Assembly: GCA_900767025.1 (NCBI GenBank)
Contig: CAAFXS010000014.1
Span: 1,238 to 65,237, forward strand
Length of the DNA stretch: 64,000 bases
Source of the DNA: Clostridia bacterium
GTDB taxonomy: Bacteria > Bacillota > Clostridia > Oscillospirales > Acutalibacteraceae
Direction of reading: 5' to 3'
The position numbers and the translations under genes were made by a program. Of this stretch, positions 57,403 to 64,000 are shown piece by piece (the first letter of the stretch is position 1; each line of letters begins with the position of its first letter). Below the pieces are notes generated by a model. It ran no database searches and was not told the DNA's origin. It saw nothing but the letters and a program-made list of their open reading frames with translations.

Positions 57403-57478
57403 TGGTTGCGGGGGCAGGACTCGAACCTGCGACCTCCGGGTTATGAGCCCGACGAGCTTCCAACTGCTCTACCCCGCG
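57403..57478 (-). tRNA. Initiator tRNA-fMet (anticodon CAT)
   Basis: Reverse complement reads CGCGGGG-TA-GAGC...-TCGGG-cTCATaa-CCCGG-AGGTC-GCAGG-TTCGAGT-CCTGC-CCCCGCA-A-CCA. It has the C1.A72 mismatch and three G-C pairs in the anticodon stem, both diagnostic of the bacterial initiator. Confidence 0.88.
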
Positions 57479-57497
57479 ATTTCTGTTTGTGCTATAT

Positions 57498-57525
57498 ATT
57501 ATAACAGGAATTTTTTAATTGTCAA
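57498..57525 (-). promoter_or_regulatory. Sigma-A promoter of tRNA-fMet
   Basis: On the minus strand: TTGACA, 16 nt, TATAAT, about 20 nt upstream of the tRNA 5-prime end. Confidence 0.6.
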
Positions 57526-57565
57526 TAGTTTATTTAAAAAAGCAAATAATATTTACGGTGATTTT

Positions 57566-58276
57566 ATGAAAGACAAGGAAATTTTCAGCCTTTCCCTTGA
57601 CATCGGCAGAGAAATTATCAAATGCGGCGGCGAAATCAGCAGAGCCGAGGACACGGTCAAAAGGATTAACAAAGCCTACGGCAACAAGTGTGAGGTATTT
57701 GCTCTGCCGTCTATTATTATTGCACAGTGCGGCGGGCATATGCAGATAAGAAAAATTGACGCCGAGGAAACCGACCTTTCCGAGCTGTCAAGGCTCAACG
57801 CACTTTCACGGAGGCTTTGCAGTGACAAAAACGATGAAATCTCCGTTACAAAAAAAGCAGGCTATTCCTCGGTTAAAAATATTACGGCTATCTGCTTTGC
57901 AATCTCATCCTTTTGTCTGTTTTTCGGCGGAACGGTTATCGATGCGATAATTTCTGCCTTAATCGGCGTAATCATAAGCTATTCGGGTATTCAGCGTTTC
58001 GGCTTTCCCCTATTCACCGACAATCTCATTAGTGCCTTTTTGTCGGCAGTTATTGCAAATCTACCGCTGAAGCTGGGTATTTCCGTTAACCCGAATATGA
58101 TAATAATAGGAACAATAATGCTGTTAGTACCGGGGCTTACCGTGGTCAACTCCATAAGAGATTTAATGAAGGGTGATTTGATAGCGGGAATGTTTGAGCT
58201 TTTCAATTCAATTATGTCCGCCCTGGCAATTGCTCTCGGAACGGCAGGAGGAATAGGAGTGATGAAATGGATTTAG
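57566..58276 (+). CDS. Threonine/serine exporter family protein (ThrE/YjjP-like, N-terminal module)
   Basis: ATG at 57566 (MKDKEIFSLSLDIGREIIKCGGEISRAEDTV...). The ORF-track extension to 57353 would read through the tRNA. C-terminal half is multi-TM. Confidence 0.75.
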   Translation: MKDKEIFSLSLDIGREIIKCGGEISRAEDTVKRINKAYGNKCEVFALPSIIIAQCGGHMQIRKIDAEETDLSELSRLNALSRRLCSDKNDEISVTKKAGYSSVKNITAICFAISSFCLFFGGTVIDAIISALIGVIISYSGIQRFGFPLFTDNLISAFLSAVIANLPLKLGISVNPNMIIIGTIMLLVPGLTVVNSIRDLMKGDLIAGMFELFNSIMSALAIALGTAGGIGVMKWI

Positions 58277-58713
58277 CAATGCAGACAATCTTTTGTGTTA
58301 CAGGCACTGTTGCCTTTGCGGTTACCATGAACGCACCGTCACACACATTAATATATATCGGTATAGGTGCCCTTATCTCTGCAGGGATTGAAAGGACCGT
58401 GTCTGCATTCACAAATGATTTCTCCGCCTGTCTGTCGGCAATGGTTGCCCTGAGCCTTTACTGCGAGGCGGTGGCAAGAATAATTAAAGAGCCTGTGACG
58501 GTTACTCTTATGCCGTCAACAATACCTCTGCTTCCGGGAAGCTCCATATACTATACTATGTTTTATGCCATTAACAGTGACAGGGAGCTGATGGTTAAAT
58601 ACGCAACTGCTACACTTTTGTCGGGCTTGGGCATAGCTTTAGGGGCGGTTATCAGCTCGGCATTTGTTAAAATTATCCACACGGCAGGAAAGCACGGAAA
58701 AGATAAATTTTAA
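58267..58713 (+). CDS. Threonine/serine exporter family protein, second module (YjjB/DUF3815-like)
   Basis: 148-aa 4-TM protein overlapping the upstream gene by 10 nt. This two-gene ThrE arrangement is common. Confidence 0.7.
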   Translation: MDLAMQTIFCVTGTVAFAVTMNAPSHTLIYIGIGALISAGIERTVSAFTNDFSACLSAMVALSLYCEAVARIIKEPVTVTLMPSTIPLLPGSSIYYTMFYAINSDRELMVKYATATLLSGLGIALGAVISSAFVKIIHTAGKHGKDKF

Positions 58714-58780
58714 AAAGATATTGCATTAAATTTGTATTAAATATATAATATATTAAACTATATTTTTAGGAGATTATATT

Positions 58781-58999
58781 ATGAAAGTAAGAATTCCAAA
58801 GCACAGAGAATTTTTAATTCGATTTGAAGACGGCTATGCTCAGGAGGCTGAGGCATGGGAAGCTCTTAACCAAATTGTTAAGGACTACTCCGTTGACGGC
58901 AAGAGCGTTTATACTCCCACCTTCATTGAGGATAATGAGGACAAGGTTAAGGCACTTCAGGAGAAATACGAATTCACATACGAAATCATTGAGAAATGA
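58781..58999 (+). CDS. Small acidic hypothetical protein (72 aa), translationally coupled to the GH38 gene
   Basis: AGGAG RBS 7 nt upstream. Its stop TGA overlaps the first candidate start of the GH38 gene (ATGA). Confidence 0.5.
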   Translation: MKVRIPKHREFLIRFEDGYAQEAEAWEALNQIVKDYSVDGKSVYTPTFIEDNEDKVKALQEKYEFTYEIIEK

Positions 59000-61900
59000 G
59001 GACCGATATGGAAAAGAAAAAGGCTTATGCAGTGTCCACTGCTCATCTTGACACGGTTTGGCGATGGGATATTGCAAAAACAGTTAAGGAATACATACCC
59101 GATACCCTTTCCAAAAACTTTGATTTAATTGAAAAATATCCGGGCTACCGCTTTAACTTTGAGGGCGCATACAGATATGAGCTTATTGAAAAGCTATATC
59201 CGAAAGCCTTTGAAATATTGAAGAATTATGCGGATAAGGACAGGTGGTGTGTTTCCGGCACTGCTTATGAAAACGGTGATGTTAACATTCCGTCACCTGA
59301 GGCAATTATCAGAAATCTGCTTTTGGGCAACGAGTATTTCAAGGAAAAGCTTGGCAAAGCCTCCAAGGATATGTTTTTGCCTGACTGCTTTGGATTTGGC
59401 TGGGCTATGCCATCAATCGCAAGCCACTGCGGTCTTTTGGGCTTTACGACTCAAAAGCTCAGCTGGGGCAGTGCCTACGGCTTGCCCTTTGACCTGGGCA
59501 GATGGGCAGGACCTGACGGAAAGGAAATTTTCGTTTCCCTTAACGCAGGCTCATACAGGTATAAATTTTCAGGTGATTTGAGAGCAGATTTAGGCATTAT
59601 TAATCAGGTTGCAGACAATAATGAAAAAGGTAATCTGCCTTGGTCAAACCACCTTTACGGCACAGGTGACTGGGGCGGCTCGCCCACTGACGAAAGTGTT
59701 GCATCCGTTGAATACAGCGTTAACAACAATAAAAACAGTGACTTTGAGGTTATTTCCGCTCACAGTGACGATGTCTTTAAGGATATGGCAAAGCTCAGCA
59801 AGGCTGAAAAAGAGGCTCTGCCCTTATGGAACACCGAGCTGCTTATGACAAGCCACGGCGCAGGCTGCTACACCTCCCGTTGTATGAGCAAAAGGCTTAA
59901 CAGGCAAAACGAACAGCTTGCCGATACTACTGAAAAAACCTGTGTTCTTGCACAGGCTCTTGGCAGCTATGACTATCCCTTTTCAGTACTTAATCAGGCT
60001 TGGAAAAGGGTTATCAAGCATCAGTTCCATGATGACTTAACAGGCACATCAATCATGGAGGTTTATAACGACAGCTGGAACGATTATTACCTTTCCCTTT
60101 CGCAGTTTAAAAATGAGCTTTTAGGTGCAGGCAAAGCAATAATCGACGAGCTTGACACCTCCTGGGTTGACCCGAAAAGCTCTGCAATTATGGTGGGTAA
60201 TCCCACCCAGTTCAAAAGAAAAAGCGTTACCGAGGCAATTATCCGTTCAACTGTTAATTGCAGTAATGTGAGAATTTTTGACAGGGACGGCAAGGAGTTC
60301 CCCTGCCAGCTTGTTAACAAAAACGGAAAAGAGCTGACTATTGTTTTCCAAACAGAGCTTGATGCGTTTTCATACAAGATTTATGAAATCAGACCGTCGG
60401 CTGAGCCCTGTACTCTTAAAACCGATGTTAAGGCAACAAACCATTCTCTTGAAAACAGTAAATACAAGCTGATATTCAACAAGAACGGCGATATAGCTTA
60501 TCTTTACGACAAGCGTCTCGGCAGGCAGGTTCTTGATAGTCCCGTAAAAATGGCACTTATGCACGACATCGGTTCTCTTGCTTATCCGAGCTGGGAAATG
60601 CGTAAGGAGGATATTGACAAGGAGCCTTACTGCTATGCCAACACTCCGGAATTTACGGTGGTTGAAAACGGTCCTGCAAGGGTTGCAATTAAAATTGTGA
60701 GAGAAGCCGAATACTCCACTGTAACACAGATTATTTCCCTTGATACCGAGGGTGAATATGTTAATGTAAACAACCACATTGACTGGAAAACAAGGCGTAC
60801 AATGCTCAAGGCAGTGTTCCCCACCTCCGCATATAACGATAAGGCAACCTATGATTTAGGCTTGGGTGTTATTGAAAGAGGTAACAACACCGACAAGCTA
60901 TACGAGGTGCCTGCTCAAAAATGGGCGGATATTACCGACCGCAGCGGCGCTTTCGGTGTTTCAGTATTTTCCGACTGCAAATACGGTTGGGACAAGCCCT
61001 GTGACAACACACTGAGGCTTACCTGTATTCACACTCCGTCAGGTGCCTTTACAAAGGAAACCCGTCAGGACTTGCAGGATTTGGGAAGAAATATTTTTTC
61101 CTTTGCAATATACAGCCACGAAAACGGCTTTGAAAACGGAACACAGATGCAAAGCGAGCTTTATGCAAACCCTGTTTTTGTTATTCAAACCGATGACAAA
61201 AACAAGCGTTCACTTAAGGACAGCGTTTCACTTGCCTCTATAAGCAGTGACCGGGTTCTTGTAAGAGCAATAAAAATGGCAGAGGACAAAAGCGGAGCAG
61301 TTATTGTCCGTGTTAACGAGGCTAACGGAAAGGCACACAGAAATGTTTCCCTTAAGCTATTTAAGGAAATCGGTGCCGCCTACGAGGTTAACGGTCTTGA
61401 GGAGGAAATCAAGGAGCTTAAGACAAACAAAAACGGTATTGTGTTTAACATTAAGCCCTTTGAAATTAAAACCTTTAAGCTGATTTACAAGGAAGAGCCT
61501 GCAAGAATTGCAAGAGAGCGTTTTTCACTAATCAAGCTCCCCTTTAATGCAAAAGGCTTTTCACAAAGAAATGACGAGATGCGCCACACAATTTTACAGG
61601 GTGCAGGCTTCTCATTACCCTATGACGCTCTGCCTGAGGATAATATGCTGTTCTGCGGCGGAATTTGTTTTAAATTCCTTCACAGTCCGGGTGCAAGATA
61701 TGATGTTCTTGTGTGCAGAGGACAGGAAATCAAGCTAAAAAAGCAGAACACATCAAGAGTTTATTTCATTGCAGGCTCCACAATGGGCAGACAGGATATT
61801 AAAATCCGTGTGGGCGACAACAAGGAAATTCCACTGACAATCAAGCCTATAAACGAGCCTGTCAGCAGATGGGATATGGCAGGTCTTAATCAGGTGGCAA

Positions 61901-62301
61901 ATGTTAATCAAAACGAAAAGCTTGCCTTTGAATTTGACCGTGTTCACCATCCCGAAGGAATTATTTTTGAAAAAGCGCGTTTTTATCTTTACAGTATCAA
62001 TGTAAAGAATTACCATTCAATTGTTTTGCCTGAAAACAACAAGGTTGTAATTCTTGCGGCAACGGAAATTAAGGAATACGCAAAAAGCAATCTTGTAAGC
62101 AAATTTGAGGATACTGCCGGAAAGGATTATTCCTTTGACAGTGAAATTCCGCCTATCGACAAAATTATCGACAAGTCGGAATTTTTGACAATCAGGGCAG
62201 GAAAAATTCAGGATCAAAGAAATTCCGGAAAAGGCAAAGGCATCAAGCGTGATAACATTATCACAAATATCATCCGTTCATATACAAAAAGTGAATGGTA
62301 A
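58996..62301 (+). CDS. GH38 alpha-mannosidase (cytoplasmic, ~1100 aa)
   Basis: N-terminal ...VSTAHLDTVWRWD... (GH38 H-x-D-x-x-W motif), ...LPDCFGFGW... (DxFG), plus central and C-terminal GH38 beta-domains. Start may be 58996 or 59008; the latter has a GAGGA RBS. Confidence 0.8.
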   Translation: MRTDMEKKKAYAVSTAHLDTVWRWDIAKTVKEYIPDTLSKNFDLIEKYPGYRFNFEGAYRYELIEKLYPKAFEILKNYADKDRWCVSGTAYENGDVNIPSPEAIIRNLLLGNEYFKEKLGKASKDMFLPDCFGFGWAMPSIASHCGLLGFTTQKLSWGSAYGLPFDLGRWAGPDGKEIFVSLNAGSYRYKFSGDLRADLGIINQVADNNEKGNLPWSNHLYGTGDWGGSPTDESVASVEYSVNNNKNSDFEVISAHSDDVFKDMAKLSKAEKEALPLWNTELLMTSHGAGCYTSRCMSKRLNRQNEQLADTTEKTCVLAQALGSYDYPFSVLNQAWKRVIKHQFHDDLTGTSIMEVYNDSWNDYYLSLSQFKNELLGAGKAIIDELDTSWVDPKSSAIMVGNPTQFKRKSVTEAIIRSTVNCSNVRIFDRDGKEFPCQLVNKNGKELTIVFQTELDAFSYKIYEIRPSAEPCTLKTDVKATNHSLENSKYKLIFNKNGDIAYLYDKRLGRQVLDSPVKMALMHDIGSLAYPSWEMRKEDIDKEPYCYANTPEFTVVENGPARVAIKIVREAEYSTVTQIISLDTEGEYVNVNNHIDWKTRRTMLKAVFPTSAYNDKATYDLGLGVIERGNNTDKLYEVPAQKWADITDRSGAFGVSVFSDCKYGWDKPCDNTLRLTCIHTPSGAFTKETRQDLQDLGRNIFSFAIYSHENGFENGTQMQSELYANPVFVIQTDDKNKRSLKDSVSLASISSDRVLVRAIKMAEDKSGAVIVRVNEANGKAHRNVSLKLFKEIGAAYEVNGLEEEIKELKTNKNGIVFNIKPFEIKTFKLIYKEEPARIARERFSLIKLPFNAKGFSQRNDEMRHTILQGAGFSLPYDALPEDNMLFCGGICFKFLHSPGARYDVLVCRGQEIKLKKQNTSRVYFIAGSTMGRQDIKIRVGDNKEIPLTIKPINEPVSRWDMAGLNQVANVNQNEKLAFEFDRVHHPEGIIFEKARFYLYSINVKNYHSIVLPENNKVVILAATEIKEYAKSNLVSKFEDTAGKDYSFDSEIPPIDKIIDKSEFLTIRAGKIQDQRNSGKGKGIKRDNIITNIIRSYTKSEW

Positions 62302-62318
62302 TACATCAATATACACAG

Positions 62319-62358
62319 CTCCCGTATGTATAAAATGCATACGGGAGTTTCATTTTTT
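62319..62358 (+). terminator. Rho-independent terminator after the GH38 gene
   Basis: CTCCCGTATG-tataaaat-GCATACGGGAG followed by TTTCATTTTTT. Confidence 0.7.
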
Positions 62359-62565
62359 GTAATGGTATTATACTTTACACTTGTTGCTTTTGTTAAAGCA
62401 TTGCGGAAAACTATGTTAAAAATGTTGAAAACTCAAATTTTGTGAATTATAATTGCTGAAAAGTATGTTGAAAATGTTGAAATTGTAAAGCAATTAACTT
62501 GTCTTTAACAGATTTTTCCACAATCCAGGCTTTGAATATACAAATTGACAAAATAATCATCAACT

Positions 62566-62608
62566 GTATAAAAAAACACTCCCTGCCGTTAATGACAGGG
62601 AGTGTTTT
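62566..62608 (-). terminator. Rho-independent terminator after ftsZ
   Basis: On the minus strand: AACACTCCCTG-tcattaacgg-CAGGGAGTGTT followed by TTTTTTATAC. Confidence 0.7.
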
Positions 62609-62639
62609 GTATGGAAGAATTTTTATGAAATTCGAATTC

Positions 62640-63743
62640 TTATTTCTTAAAGAAATTAACGATATCTGAAAAAGCATCGTCATCGTTATCATTAAAGCTT
62701 GAAGGAGCTGCTGCCGGTGCAATAGGAGCAGGAGGAGCAACCTCGTTATTAGCAGTAATTGACTTAATCTGACCGTTTGGTCCGTCCTCGCCGAAACGAG
62801 TTGCAATTACTGTAATAATCATTTCATCCTCAAGGTTCTCGTCAAAGTTAGCACCCCAGATGATTTCACAGTCAGGATGAACTGCAGCTGTTACGATTGA
62901 AGAAGCAGCGTCAATTTCCTCAAGACCGATATCTGTTGAAGCTGTGATGTTAAGAAGAATACCGTGAGCACCGTCGATAGAGGTGTTAAGAAGCGGAGAG
63001 GAAATAGCTGCACGAGCGGCAACCTCTGCCTTATCCTTGCCCTTTGCACGGCCAACGCCCATATGAGCAAAGCCTGCATCCTTCATAATCTCGGTAACAT
63101 CGGCAAAGTCGGAGTTAACAAGACCTGTTGCGTTTACAAGGTCGGAAATGGACTGAACGCCCTGACGAAGAACATCGTTTGCAATCTCAAAAGCGTTGAG
63201 AAGAGTAATCTTTTCAGTTGCAACCTCTTTAAGTCTTTCATTAGGAATAACCATAAGAGAGTCAACATTCTTAGCAAGTTCGTCAATACCCTTTGTAGCC
63301 TGGTCCATACGGCGCTTACCCTCGAATGCGAAAGGAGTTGTAACAACACCTACAGTGAGGATACCCATATCCTTGGCAATTTTAGCAACATAAGGAGCTG
63401 CACCGGTACCTGTACCGCCGCCCATACCGGCAGTAATGAACACCATATCTGCACCGGTAAGAACATCGGTAAGAGCTTCCTTGCTCTCCTCTGCTGCACG
63501 GGCACCAACCTCAGGCTTAGCACCTGCGCCCATACCCTTTGTTACCTTTTCACCGATAAGAATTTTATGTGTAGCTGTTGATTTTGCAAGAGCAGGCTTA
63601 TCTGAGTTAACTGCTACAAATTCAACATCCTGGATATTACAATGAACCATACGGTTAACGGCATTTCCACCGCCGCCGCCAACGCCGACAACTTTAATCT
63701 GTACTACCTTTGAATCTTCTGTATCAATTTCATAACGACCCAT
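62640..63743 (-). CDS. ftsZ: Cell division GTPase FtsZ
   Basis: GGGTGTG tubulin signature, ...NTDAQ.../...GLVN... equivalents. 367 aa. Confidence 0.92.
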   Translation of the reverse strand: MGRYEIDTEDSKVVQIKVVGVGGGGGNAVNRMVHCNIQDVEFVAVNSDKPALAKSTATHKILIGEKVTKGMGAGAKPEVGARAAEESKEALTDVLTGADMVFITAGMGGGTGTGAAPYVAKIAKDMGILTVGVVTTPFAFEGKRRMDQATKGIDELAKNVDSLMVIPNERLKEVATEKITLLNAFEIANDVLRQGVQSISDLVNATGLVNSDFADVTEIMKDAGFAHMGVGRAKGKDKAEVAARAAISSPLLNTSIDGAHGILLNITASTDIGLEEIDAASSIVTAAVHPDCEIIWGANFDENLEDEMIITVIATRFGEDGPNGQIKSITANNEVAPPAPIAPAAAPSSFNDNDDDAFSDIVNFFKK

Positions 63744-64000
63744 ATTTTAATTCTCCTTATGTATTTTACTAAATCGTGTCCGATTCGTTACATAAACCAT
63801 TGTAACAGTTTTGTAATTGTTTTGCAATACTTTTTTAGAATAATTCTCAAATATTTTGACAAAGTTAAAATAAATTTTTCTTTGCTTATTTGTACAAGTT
63901 GCACAATTAGTGAATTTTGCGACTTTTGTGACAAGTTAATTACTTTACACTTATTTCTCTGTAAAGTAAACCTGCTTGCCACCGCTCAAGGTCATTGTTC

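Noticed and set aside
57353-57565. N-terminal extension of the ThrE-like ORF (track start 57353)
   Set aside because: The extension reads through the initiator tRNA gene and its promoter. The ATG at 57566 has an SD sequence and matches the start of the family.
1-64000. CRISPR arrays, rRNA genes, IS elements, integrase or transposase genes
   Set aside because: No array of regularly spaced direct repeats was seen, no rRNA-like sequence, and no ORF with a DDE/HTH transposase or tyrosine/serine-recombinase motif.

Overview
This 64-kb window is a low-GC Firmicutes (Clostridia-type) chromosomal segment, and the content suggests a gut glycan-foraging anaerobe. It is mostly housekeeping operons. Reading left to right: a partial ltaS-like gene, clpE, pgsA, a cvpA-like gene, truA, ecfT/ecfA2/ecfA1, glmM, ruvCAB, leuDC-ilvNB, ychF, a sigH-like sigma factor, a full arg operon (argCJBDF) followed by carA and carB, a nucleoside/methionine-salvage cluster (BMP lipoprotein, PNP, mtnA, mtaD-like), ppa, an NSS transporter, a purF-like gene, a glycoside-hydrolase set (GH20, GH95-like, GH29, GH38), a thrE-like exporter pair and ftsZ. 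Five tRNA genes are present: Ser-TGA, Ser-GCT, Asp-GTC, Thr-GGT and initiator fMet. The observations not explained by ordinary annotation are listed below. (1) Both minus-strand tRNA loci (Ser-GCT and fMet) carry, just past their 3-prime ends, a structured non-coding element. It has a conserved 10-bp-stem hairpin, is flanked by direct repeats of the tRNA 3-prime end (69 bp at one locus, 14 bp at the other), and sits next to a degenerate inverted copy of the tRNA 3-prime half. The genes diverging from these two tRNAs also share a 36-nt near-identical promoter/leader/start motif. (2) A roughly 60-80-nt cloverleaf-like REP/MITE-type repeat is present in three copies; two are near-identical and inverted 26 kb apart, and the third shows compensatory hairpin changes. 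(3) An isolated two-gene phage-derived module: a collagen-repeat tail-fibre-like protein plus a class-I holin fused in frame to a CHAP/SH3 endolysin, with an internal RBS and ATG. (4) An in-frame carB-dapF fusion (1343 aa) whose DapF domain has Ala in place of the first catalytic Cys. (5) A BMP-family lipoprotein with three inserted Flg_new-type repeats. (6) Candidate regulatory direct and inverted repeats upstream of the GH29 gene, and ARG-box-like repeats upstream of argC. No CRISPR array, rRNA, transposase or integrase gene was found.
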